A stretch of DNA of 16,898 nucleotides from Bdellovibrionia bacterium. Lineage in GTDB: Bacteria > Bdellovibrionota > UBA1018. Position 1 is the stretch's first letter, and each line of letters begins with the position of its first letter. Position numbers and translations under genes: made by a program. The notes beneath the pieces are model-generated. The model was not told the DNA's origin. It ran no database searches and was given only the letters and a program-made list of their open reading frames with translations. Where the stretch lies: the NCBI GenBank assembly GCA_045805065.1, contig JBJMMA010000236.1, forward strand, positions 1 through 16,898, read 5' to 3'. Positions 1 through 8,105 of the stretch are shown here, piece by piece.

Positions 1-171
1 AAATTGGAGAGGCGAAGGCAAGCTTGTTAGGGTCGTTTATTCTACATGAAAGGGCTGTGAAAACTGAGACGCAATGACGCAGCGTGTTGTGTTTGGCGAT
101 AGAGAGTGCCAAAATGTTCGAGGACATTCCTTTACTGACTAGCTGCAGACCTAAGTGATAGGAGGGTGCGC

Positions 172-696
172 ATGGAATCGCGCATGACCACGCTTAAACC
201 TGTGAAAGAAGCCGACGCTGCGGAACTTTTTGAATTACTCCACGGATCGAATGTCACTGACACAATTCTTTGGGACGGTCCGGACTCTTTGGACACTTTG
301 AGACGAGGGCTCAAGGAACGTGAAGAATTGCATCAAGAAGGAAAATGCCATCAATTTACCATTGTGGAAGTAAGTTCTGGCAAGAGGATCGGATCAATCG
401 ATATTCGGCCATATGACGACCCTTTTCGCGGTGACATGGGGCTTTGGATTGGCCTTCCGTATCAAGGTAAAGGTTATGCCACGAACGCGGTTAAGCAAAT
501 TCTCAAGTATGGTTTTGAAAGCTTGAGAATGCAAAAGATCGAAGCCAAGATTTTTTTAGGCAACGTCGCAAGCCGAAGAGTTTTTGAAAAGTGTGGATTT
601 CAACTGGAAGGCACGATTCGGAGAGCGGAGATCAAGCGAGGCAAGTTTGTCGATGAATGGCTGTTCGGGATCTTAAAAGAAGAAGCACGATACTGA
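172..696 (+). CDS. GNAT family N-acetyltransferase (RimJ/RimL-like)
   Basis: Motif A 'WIGLPYQGKGYAT' and motif B 'NVASRRVFEKCGFQLEG', plus C-terminal 'GKFVDEWLFGIL'. AGGAGG at 160-165 favours ATG 172 over GTG 166. Confidence 0.92.
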   Translation: MESRMTTLKPVKEADAAELFELLHGSNVTDTILWDGPDSLDTLRRGLKEREELHQEGKCHQFTIVEVSSGKRIGSIDIRPYDDPFRGDMGLWIGLPYQGKGYATNAVKQILKYGFESLRMQKIEAKIFLGNVASRRVFEKCGFQLEGTIRRAEIKRGKFVDEWLFGILKEEARY

Positions 697-832
697 ATTG
701 GCTGCTTCATTCAATCTCGTCGCCATCCCGTTTAGGTATTTTATTATTCATCATCAAACAATGATTGATACTTACTTGTATTAAATGCATAACGCCGATC
801 GTTCGTAATGTTTTTAAAAGGAGTACGTAATT

Positions 833-1252
833 ATGAAAAAGATCGGTTTGATGGCGTTGGTTTTGATGGGTGCAGTTTCGGCTCAAGCTTCGCAACTTTA
901 TTGCGTTGGCCAATCGGTAAAATCACCCGATCCAGCCTGGCTCGAGAAGGCCATGGTATCGGCGACTCTTGTCGACTCCGAACGCTTGGATCGCTTGACC
1001 TTGATGTCTCAAGTTGGAAACTCTGCTCCTGCTTCCAGTAAGGTCGTGTCGGTTCGTGCTGATGCTCAGTACAAGGCGAGGAATCCATCTTACCAGGGAT
1101 TTAATCGTTTTGCTCTCAGCTCAAATGGTTGGACTCAAACCTATCTTTTACTTCCAAGCAATGCGACTCAGCTTCGTCAGTTCCGCGGTTACATTCAACA
1201 AGTGGGACATGACTCTTACCCACTCATCGTTTTGAACTGCACTCAGTACTAA
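833..1252 (+). CDS. Hypothetical secreted protein (139 aa)
   Basis: AAGGAG at 818-823. Sec signal peptide MKKIGLMALVLMGAVSAQA. One Cys near each end of the mature chain. Followed by a terminator. Confidence 0.8.
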   Translation: MKKIGLMALVLMGAVSAQASQLYCVGQSVKSPDPAWLEKAMVSATLVDSERLDRLTLMSQVGNSAPASSKVVSVRADAQYKARNPSYQGFNRFALSSNGWTQTYLLLPSNATQLRQFRGYIQQVGHDSYPLIVLNCTQY

Positions 1253-1265
1253 TTTTTGTAGAGAT

Positions 1266-1311
1266 AAAAAAAGAAGGGCCCGACGGAATTGTTCCCGTCG
1301 GGCCTTTTTTT
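1266..1311. terminator. Bidirectional intrinsic terminator
   Basis: GGCCCGACGG (1277-1286) pairs with CCGTCGGGCC (1295-1304). A-rich run before and T7 run after, between convergent genes. Confidence 0.9.
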
Positions 1312-1327
1312 ATTGGGTAATGTGCTC

Positions 1328-1672
1328 TCACTTACCAACGATGAGATTGGCTTTCATGGTCGGGTGAAAGAGGCACTGATACGGGTACTTTCCAGCGTGC
1401 TTTGCTTTGAACTTGAAGCTTGCGTTCGGAGCGATCGATCCTGAATCAAAGGCAGGCTTCGACCCTTGCGTGCTCGGTATAGCTGTTGCGGTATGGGGCA
1501 CAAGATCGTGGTTCTCCCACACGATCGTGTCTCCCACTTTGACCTCAACAGTCTCGGGCGCAATCTTCATGTTCTCAAGCACCACATGATGAGTTTTGGC
1601 CCAAGCTTGCCCGACGCAGGCAAGGGACAAAGTCAGGCTGAGTGCCGTACTCAGGACTAAATCCCTGCTCAC
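1328..1672 (-). CDS. Periplasmic cupredoxin (amicyanin/plastocyanin-like type-1 copper protein)
   Basis: Signal peptide (...GQAWA-K), 'VKVGDTIVWENHDLVPHT' and 'YQCLFHPTM' supply the His/Cys/His/Met ligands. GTG start overlaps the upstream stop (GTGA, 1669-1672). Confidence 0.92.
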   Translation of the reverse strand: MSRDLVLSTALSLTLSLACVGQAWAKTHHVVLENMKIAPETVEVKVGDTIVWENHDLVPHTATAIPSTQGSKPAFDSGSIAPNASFKFKAKHAGKYPYQCLFHPTMKANLIVGK

Positions 1673-2217
1673 TGCTTGCTTCCGGAATTAAGCTCAGTCT
1701 GCAAGTGCTTTGCATGCTGAAGGTGAGCTTCAAAGGCGGGACGAACTTTCACGATCAAGGCCTTGAGCTGAGCATTTTGTGCGCTTGGGACCAAAGTCTT
1801 GTCGATCGCGCTCAGAACGGCTTCGTGATAGGCAACTTCGTGATCGACATACTCCTTGTCGAACTCTGAGCCTTTCAATTTCTTGAGCTTAGCCATGGTC
1901 TCGTCAGCGCCTTTCATCAGGCTCTTGCTGACATCATTGTCTTCAGGCGTTACTCCGAGTTTTTTGGCCAGAGCGGAAGCTTGCTTATTCACCGCGGTGT
2001 GGTCTGTGACCATTTGCTTCGCGAATTTCTTCACTTCCGGGTTTTTGGTTTTAGACTCAGCGAGCTTACCTGCCTTGACATCGATCATGTCCGCAGTCAC
2101 CACGATATGCGCAATCTGTGCGTCATTCGGGCCTTGTGACTCGGCTTTCGGGGTTTCAGCCGCAAACGCAGGTAAAGTGCTCGCAATCATCAGACTGGTG
2201 AGAATGGCTAGTTTCAT
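1669..2217 (-). CDS. DUF4142-family exported protein (ferritin-like bundle)
   Basis: Signal peptide (...PAFA). Motifs 'VKKFAKQMVTDH', 'FDKEYVDHEVAYH', 'HLQHAKHL'. RBS AAGGAG at 2224-2229 on the minus strand. Confidence 0.88.
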   Translation of the reverse strand: MKLAILTSLMIASTLPAFAAETPKAESQGPNDAQIAHIVVTADMIDVKAGKLAESKTKNPEVKKFAKQMVTDHTAVNKQASALAKKLGVTPEDNDVSKSLMKGADETMAKLKKLKGSEFDKEYVDHEVAYHEAVLSAIDKTLVPSAQNAQLKALIVKVRPAFEAHLQHAKHLQTELNSGSKQ

Positions 2218-2399
2218 GGTTATCTCCTTAGGTTAATTGAAATGTAGAAATCCCTTTGCATAAAGTTGGCCGGTACCATGCTGCAAAGATGAATCGACTC
2301 AAGCCCCAATTTGCCACGAGGATTTGGCTTTATTAACGGCGGAGTTCTGAAACTTTCAAAAGATTGAAATAGCTGCGCTTTTATGAAAAAGAGAAGACC

Positions 2400-3041
2400 G
2401 TGCTGAATACTTTTGCAGAGCGCCAACAGGATCTGTTGAAACTTCTTTTGAAAAAGAAGCAGGGACTTCAATCGGATGAAATTGCCGCAGGTCTAAAAAT
2501 CAGTCGTCCTGCCTTGCGGCAGCATCTCGTGGCGCTTGAGCGTCAGGGTTATGTTGAAAGAGGGGAGCTTCTTGTCACAGGTGGAAGACCGAGTCAAACT
2601 TACCGCCTCACAAGAAAAGGTCTCGATCTTTTTCCAAAGCAATATTCGTGGTACTCAGAAGCGCATCTCGAGAATTTAAAAAAAGAACTGGGAAGCGCCG
2701 GACTTCGCGACGAGATGGAGAGATTGGGCCGGGAAATCGGGATGGACGTCGCAGCTAAAGTCTCCGGAGAAAATCTCAAGGCGCGAGTCGAGCAAGTCGC
2801 AAGCCTGATGAATGACCTTGCCTATCAGGCTGAAACCACTTTGACAGGAAAAGAGCTTCCCGGCGCGCCGCCTGTGATCGAGGCAAGCAATTGCGTCTTT
2901 CATACGCTTGCATCGAAGTATTCTGAGATTTGCCAGTTTGATATCGGTCTGCTGTCTCAATTGACTGAGGCTCAAGTGAACCATGAGCAGTGTATTCTTC
3001 GCGGCGGGAATAGCTGCAGATTTAGGTTCAAGGACAAATAA
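2400..3041 (+). CDS. Winged-HTH transcriptional regulator, SufR-like / COG2345 ArsR-type
   Basis: N-terminal wHTH 'EIAAGLKISRPALRQHLVALERQGYV...GGRPSQTYRLT', then 'FPKQY'. C-terminal 'NCVFH...ICQFD...QCILRGGNSCRF' contains four Cys. Confidence 0.85.
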   Translation: MLNTFAERQQDLLKLLLKKKQGLQSDEIAAGLKISRPALRQHLVALERQGYVERGELLVTGGRPSQTYRLTRKGLDLFPKQYSWYSEAHLENLKKELGSAGLRDEMERLGREIGMDVAAKVSGENLKARVEQVASLMNDLAYQAETTLTGKELPGAPPVIEASNCVFHTLASKYSEICQFDIGLLSQLTEAQVNHEQCILRGGNSCRFRFKDK

Positions 3042-3083
3042 AAAGGCCCGACGGGATCGCTCCAGTCGGGCCTTTCTATTTTT
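3039..3083. terminator. Bidirectional intrinsic terminator (regulator / recA)
   Basis: AAAGGCCCGAC (3042-3052) pairs with GTCGGGCCTTT (3065-3075). A-rich and T-rich flanks, between convergent genes. Confidence 0.85.
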
Positions 3084-3104
3084 AGCTGTGAATCAGATCA
3101 GCGC

Positions 3105-4313
3105 TTACTTCTTAGCGTGAGAGCCCTTGGAAGCTGCGGCCTTAGCCTTTGCTGCTTCAAGAGCTGCAGCGTGCTTGTCAGCAGAAGAGTGCTTTTCAGC
3201 CTTCTCGTGCTTGTCAGCATGCTTTTCCGCTGCAGCAGGAGCTGCGAGCGTTGCGCCAGCGCCGGCTTGAGCAGCAGCCTTGATGACTCCTGCTTTCTTC
3301 AGCACTTCTTCGCGGATCTTAGCCAGCATCTCTGGGCGATCCTTCAGGTAGTTACGGGAGGCATCACGGCCTTGGCCGATTCGCTCATCCTTGTAGCTGT
3401 ACCAGGTTCCGCTCTTCTCGATGACATTATAGTTTGCCGCGAGATCGAGCAGATCGCCTTCTTTGGAGATGCCTTCACCGTAGAGGATGTCGAATTCGAC
3501 TTCCTTGAACGGTGCGGACATCTTGTTCTTCACAACTTTAACGCGGGTACGGTTACCGATGACGTTCTCGCCGTCCTTAAGAGCAGCGATACGACGAACA
3601 TCGAGACGCACGGAAGAGTAGAACTTCAGAGCGTTACCACCGGTCGTGGTTTCTGGGTTACCGAACATGACACCGATCTTCATACGGAGCTGGTTAATGA
3701 AGATCACGAGCGTCTTGCTACGGTTAATCGTTCCAGTAAGCTTACGAAGCGCTTGGGACATCAAGCGAGCTTGAAGACCCATGTGAGAGTCGCCCATTTC
3801 GCCTTCGATTTCCGCGCGTGGCACGAGTGCTGCGACAGAGTCGACGACGAGAAGGTCCACGCCGCCCGAACGGACGAGCATGTCTGCGATCTCGAGTGCT
3901 TGTTCACCAGTGTCTGGCTGAGAGATCAGGAGATCATCAGTGCGGACACCCAGCTTGCGAGCATAGTTGACGTCGAGAGCGTGCTCAGCGTCGACGAATG
4001 CTGCAATCCCACCTTGCTTCTGCACTTCGGCGATTGCGTGCAGAGTAAGCGTGGTTTTACCGGAAGCTTCCGGTCCGTAAACTTCGACGATACGTCCGCG
4101 AGGATAACCGCCAATGCCGAGAGCGATATCAAGGCTCAAGGAACCGGTAGGAACCGCGGCCACGTCAGTAGCAGTGATGCCCTCGTTCACGCCGAGACGC
4201 ATGATCGAGCCTTTGCCGAATTGTTTTTCAATCGCCTGAACAGCGAGGTCAATCGCCTTGTTCTTTTGACTGTCACGGCTTGTGTTTTGAGCCGAATTAT
4301 TTTGGGTATCCAT
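3105..4313 (-). CDS. recA: Recombinase RecA with extended C-terminal tail
   Basis: '[11 protein letters not shown]', Walker A GPEASGKT, '[14 protein letters not shown]', '[28 protein letters not shown]'. RBS AAGGAG at 4322-4327 on the minus strand. Confidence 0.99.
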   Translation of the reverse strand: MDTQNNSAQNTSRDSQKNKAIDLAVQAIEKQFGKGSIMRLGVNEGITATDVAAVPTGSLSLDIALGIGGYPRGRIVEVYGPEASGKTTLTLHAIAEVQKQGGIAAFVDAEHALDVNYARKLGVRTDDLLISQPDTGEQALEIADMLVRSGGVDLLVVDSVAALVPRAEIEGEMGDSHMGLQARLMSQALRKLTGTINRSKTLVIFINQLRMKIGVMFGNPETTTGGNALKFYSSVRLDVRRIAALKDGENVIGNRTRVKVVKNKMSAPFKEVEFDILYGEGISKEGDLLDLAANYNVIEKSGTWYSYKDERIGQGRDASRNYLKDRPEMLAKIREEVLKKAGVIKAAAQAGAGATLAAPAAAEKHADKHEKAEKHSSADKHAAALEAAKAKAAASKGSHAKK

Positions 4314-4555
4314 ACTTTCTTCTCCTTGGAAATCTGCTCAGACAGTCTCTGTCTGAGTGCAGTTAAATATACTCACGCCGACCTTGTTCAGTACAAATTC
4401 CAATCGAATCAACTCAACGTGAGAGCCAGTTATGTTCATCGAACGTACCATAACCACAAGTTTTGTGAAGGACGCAGTGACGCTTCTGGCGCGGTTTCGC
4501 GAAATTTTTTTTGTCAAAGAAGAAGAGAAAAAACGCTCTGCGTTAGTCCGTAGAT

Positions 4556-5107
4556 TTAGCTCGGGAAAACGTGCAGCTCTTGTAAAATTGCCATCACGAG
4601 CAAGCCTTGAAAACCTGCCATAATGTCGTCCGCCATGACGCCAAATCCGCCCCACCAGCGTGCGAGCGGCGTGTTCTCTTTTGCTTTGTCTTTGGACCAA
4701 TTGTCCACAAGTCGGACCGGATAGATTTTAATCACGTCAAAAAGACGAAAGAGACAGAAAGCAGTAAACCACGGCCAGCCTTTATCAATGTTTGAGAGCG
4801 TCCAGCTCGTGATGCCAAGGCCGACGACTTCATCAATGACGATGCATTGATTGTCGCCTGTCTGCATCAATTCATCGAAGACTTTTGCGGACCATGTGCC
4901 CGCAATCGCAATTCCAGTCCAAAGGGCCAAACGGATGGGAGTGGGCCAATCCCGGCTCCAGAGCGCCAGTGGAAGGGCTACAATGGTGCCCATAGTGCCT
5001 GGAGCTTTCGGAAAAAGTCCTGCGCCTCCTGCGGTTGCGATCACGACTGCGATGGAGTCACGAAGTGTTTTGATGCGATCCCAATAGATGATGTTGCGAG
5101 CGGCCAT
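4556..5107 (-). CDS. pgpA: Phosphatidylglycerophosphatase A
   Basis: 'G.G.FPKAPGTMGT', 'IVIDEVVG', 'FRLFDVIKIYP', 'GGFGVMADDIMAG'. RBS GGGAG at 5113-5117 on the minus strand. Confidence 0.95.
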   Translation of the reverse strand: MAARNIIYWDRIKTLRDSIAVVIATAGGAGLFPKAPGTMGTIVALPLALWSRDWPTPIRLALWTGIAIAGTWSAKVFDELMQTGDNQCIVIDEVVGLGITSWTLSNIDKGWPWFTAFCLFRLFDVIKIYPVRLVDNWSKDKAKENTPLARWWGGFGVMADDIMAGFQGLLVMAILQELHVFPS

Positions 5108-5134
5108 TTTAGCTCCCAGATACCTGCCAAAGAT

Positions 5135-5542
5135 TTACTGCCAGAATTTATTATAAGACTCCGGGAGTTCGTTTGGACGCCCGGTTTCGTCGACAATCAC
5201 ACAGGTGACTTTTGCGCCCGCGATGGCGATCTCACCGCGGAAAAGGAGTTGCTCGATGATGAAACGAGCTCTGCTATGCTCCAGAACGCGCGAGCGGATT
5301 TCAAAGGTTTCACCCATGAAAAGCGGGCGAAGATATTTGATCTCAATGGCTGAGATGACAGGCCAGCGCTGATCCTTCTCGATCTGTTCGAGAGTGATTC
5401 CTTCCTCATTGAGCATTTTCCAGCGCGCATGCTCCAGATAGTTGAGATAGACCGCGTTATTGACGTGTCCAAAGCTATCCAGCTCGTAGCCCCTGACCTC
5501 TAATGTGCAGCGATAAACTCGCGAATCCATAGTGAGCGCCAC
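5135..5542 (-). CDS. Acyl-CoA thioesterase (4HBT/YbgC/FadM hotdog family)
   Basis: 'VRGYELDSFGHVNNAVYLNYLEHAR' and 'IKYLRPL'. The start may be GTG 5542 or ATG 5530. Confidence 0.92.
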   Translation of the reverse strand: MALTMDSRVYRCTLEVRGYELDSFGHVNNAVYLNYLEHARWKMLNEEGITLEQIEKDQRWPVISAIEIKYLRPLFMGETFEIRSRVLEHSRARFIIEQLLFRGEIAIAGAKVTCVIVDETGRPNELPESYNKFWQ

Positions 5543-5638
5543 ACTAGCACCACACTTCTCACAGAACCAAGCTCAAACGTGCCGCACATGCGTTCGACGC
5601 TCAGCATAAGCTATTGCTAAAACCGGAGTAATTCAGGC

Positions 5639-6895
5639 ATGGTTATCCCGATGGCTTCATCTATGGCCTCATGGCTTCCCACCAAATACAGCTTTCGCCC
5701 AGACGTTCTGGATGTGATTATCAGCGGCAAATCGTCGCTGGATACTCCAAACGGCTTTGAGCTGCACTCGGCTGACGAGGTGACGAAATTCATTGATAGC
5801 TACGGCTATGATCTTGAGAAGCCGATTGAAAGCGCCGAAGTCCTGGGTAATTTTCATGAAGCGCTCAACTTTGTGCGTAAGTTTTTCCTTCAGCCTGAAA
5901 ATCCAGAGGGGCTGAAGCTCGATGTGCCGCGCCGGATTCTGGAAATTTCCGACGTGCGCGATCTCTTTCTCATGTCGGGATATTTGTATCCTGGCCAGTC
6001 GCAGGACACGCAAGGCACGATCTTGCGAAACTTTGCCTGCGCGCTTTTGAAGGTGATGCACACGATCGCGCATATCGATAAGGATCTCCGCTCTTCGTAC
6101 TTCAGCGAGATTCAGCAACAGATTTTTGATCGCTTCTACAAGGCGATTCATCGCGATACGGAAGGCCATCTTTATTTGGGCGAGAAAGACGATGATCCGT
6201 ACCGAGTGGATCTGGTCTCTTTTCAAACAAAGCCGAAGAAAGCGCGCGATTCGATCATTCTCAAGCTCCTTCATAAGCCTGAGAACGTGGCTGAAGATAT
6301 CTTTGATCGTGTTGGTATTCGATTTATCACCAAGTCGCGCCTCGATGCTTTGAGAGTGGTGAAATATCTCAAAGACAAGATGATCATCATTCCGCCAAAC
6401 ATCAAGCCAAGTCGCTCGCGCAATACTCTGATCGACGTCAGTAACTTCCGCTCCCAGGTGGAAGGATTGGTTGCGCAGGCCGAAGCAGGAAAGATTTCCG
6501 AGGCTGACCTCGTCAGCGCGCTCGAGCAGGCTGCGTATCCACCTGCCACGAGTCCGGACAATCCGCACTCCAGCGAGTTTTATCGCGCCATCCAGTTTAC
6601 TTGCCGTCAGTTGATCAAGCTCAAGAATCCGCTCTACGACAATCTTCGCGACATCAAGATTCTCGCAAAAACCGAAGTCAAAGAAGATCTCCAGAAAGCG
6701 ATCGATCGAATTGACCTCAAGTATGTGCAGCGCGAGATTCGCTTCTTCTATCCGTTTGAAGTGCAGGTGATGGATGAGAAGAGCGCTGAAGATAATGAAA
6801 AAGGCCGAAGCGCCCACAGTGAGTACAAGAAGGCCCAAGTTCAAACAGCGCTCAAGCGCGTGATGGGAAGCCTGGCGGATGTCGTTCGACAGTGA
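5639..6895 (+). CDS. RelA/SpoT-like synthetase-domain (nucleotidyltransferase fold) protein; resembles the uncharacterised TIGR04552 family
   Basis: SYNTH-like motifs in the correct order: 'KPKKARDSIILKL', 'IFDRVGIRFI', 'FYRAIQF', 'FEVQVMD...SAHSEYK'. No HD, TGS or ACT domain visible. GGAG at 5625-5628. The TIGR name is from recall and has not been checked by HMM. Confidence 0.75.
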   Translation: MVIPMASSMASWLPTKYSFRPDVLDVIISGKSSLDTPNGFELHSADEVTKFIDSYGYDLEKPIESAEVLGNFHEALNFVRKFFLQPENPEGLKLDVPRRILEISDVRDLFLMSGYLYPGQSQDTQGTILRNFACALLKVMHTIAHIDKDLRSSYFSEIQQQIFDRFYKAIHRDTEGHLYLGEKDDDPYRVDLVSFQTKPKKARDSIILKLLHKPENVAEDIFDRVGIRFITKSRLDALRVVKYLKDKMIIIPPNIKPSRSRNTLIDVSNFRSQVEGLVAQAEAGKISEADLVSALEQAAYPPATSPDNPHSSEFYRAIQFTCRQLIKLKNPLYDNLRDIKILAKTEVKEDLQKAIDRIDLKYVQREIRFFYPFEVQVMDEKSAEDNEKGRSAHSEYKKAQVQTALKRVMGSLADVVRQ

Positions 6896-8105
6896 TGTCG
6901 CTTTGATCGGAACAGGCCTCGCGCCGCTGATTGCCGCAAGCTACCTTCTCAACCAGGGAAAATCCGTACTGCTGCTCAATCCGGACTTTGATTTCTTTCT
7001 GGAGAACTCTGAGCTTCCTATTGATCCGCTTTTGCCTGTCGGGCAGAAGACTTTGCGTGCGGAGCGAATCCAGGGAAGCTTGCCGGAGTCAGCGCTCAAG
7101 GAGCTTCGCCCGTTTTTCCCAGGTCCTGTGGAATTCTGGTCAGAAGGCTCAAGCTTCAGTGGTTATCATGATCCCATGGCACCGCATGTCCGGAGTCGAT
7201 CGAGACTCTGGGTCTCAAGCCTTCCTGCCGTCAGTCCCAAGAGCGTTGAGCTGTTTGAAGAGCTCTATGTGCATGCTTCGGACAAAGGACTCAATCCTCA
7301 GATCTTGGAAGGGATCGCTGCAAGCAGTCGCTTTCCCGGGATCTCGCTTCCGCAAGATCTGGATCGAGGATTTTTGATTCCCAAGCTTTGCGACGTGGAC
7401 GTTCCTCGCTACCGAAACGGTGTGCTTGAGTTTGTGCGCGAGCGATTGGGGCGGGATCGCATGATTAATGAGGCGACGCAAATCGAGCTCATGCCTGGGG
7501 GGTTGCGCTTTTATTGGGAAGGATCTCCCCGGACTGCGCGCCTGGCTGAAGGTGTTATGGTATTTTGGACGCCAAAACTCTCCAATTGGATTTTGGGACA
7601 AGCCAAGCACTTTGAAGCTACGCCGCGCCTGCCTTTGGGTCTCCGGCTCTGGGAACAATGGTCCATGGTCTCGCGCGATGAGCTTGATCCGGGAGTCGTG
7701 GGCACGTTCAATGATGATCTTTCGGTCTGGGCGGAAACTGAGGGTTTGCCCGCGAAAGGTTCGCTGTTTCAGCTTTCTGTTCTCAGATCGGGCGAACTGA
7801 TGAGCGGTGAAAAGTCACAGGGTGCTGCACAGTCCATGAGCTGGGCCTCAAAAGACACGCTCTCAAAACTCTCCGCTCTCTGTCACGGGTTTCTTCGCTG
7901 GGATCGATTCTCCGTCCGCTCGATGACCCCCAGGACGATTCTCGAATGGGATGAAGCGGACGGAAAACCATCGGTCTGGGATCTTAAGAAACTCAATGAA
8001 GAAAACGACGCGGTTCGTGTGGTCACGGCTTGCGACGGGCCCATCATTGATGTGGTTCGCAATGTCCGCATGGCATGCGAGAAATTTTATGGAGCCCACG
8101 CATGA
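6879..8105 (+). CDS. Divergent FAD-dependent oxidoreductase-like protein (DAO / sarcosine oxidase beta-like)
   Basis: N-terminal Rossmann-like segment 'SDVALIGTGLAPLIAASYLLNQGKSVLLL'. About 400 aa. Overlaps the upstream gene by 17 nt and sits beside an alpha-subunit-like Fe-S gene. Confidence 0.6.
   Translation: MSFDSDVALIGTGLAPLIAASYLLNQGKSVLLLNPDFDFFLENSELPIDPLLPVGQKTLRAERIQGSLPESALKELRPFFPGPVEFWSEGSSFSGYHDPMAPHVRSRSRLWVSSLPAVSPKSVELFEELYVHASDKGLNPQILEGIAASSRFPGISLPQDLDRGFLIPKLCDVDVPRYRNGVLEFVRERLGRDRMINEATQIELMPGGLRFYWEGSPRTARLAEGVMVFWTPKLSNWILGQAKHFEATPRLPLGLRLWEQWSMVSRDELDPGVVGTFNDDLSVWAETEGLPAKGSLFQLSVLRSGELMSGEKSQGAAQSMSWASKDTLSKLSALCHGFLRWDRFSVRSMTPRTILEWDEADGKPSVWDLKKLNEENDAVRVVTACDGPIIDVVRNVRMACEKFYGAHA

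Noticed and set aside
1..165. Possible 3' end of an upstream gene or an ncRNA
   Set aside because: Too little sequence, with no recognisable motif or stable structure.
2400..3041. Assigning the gene symbol sufR
   Set aside because: Family resemblance only. No suf genes are adjacent and the ligand pattern differs (Asp for Glu, extra Cys).
3117..4553. 478-aa ORF antisense to recA
   Set aside because: Shadow ORF expected from codon bias in a highly expressed gene. It has no recognisable motifs and overlaps an unambiguous gene.
4338..4700. 120-aa minus-strand ORF between pgpA and recA as a possible cinA remnant
   Set aside because: No CinA motifs, overlaps pgpA out of frame, and runs through low-complexity intergenic sequence.
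5669..6844. 391-aa ORF antisense to the RSH-like gene
   Set aside because: Codon-aligned antisense shadow with no motifs. I considered a hidden antitoxin but found no support.
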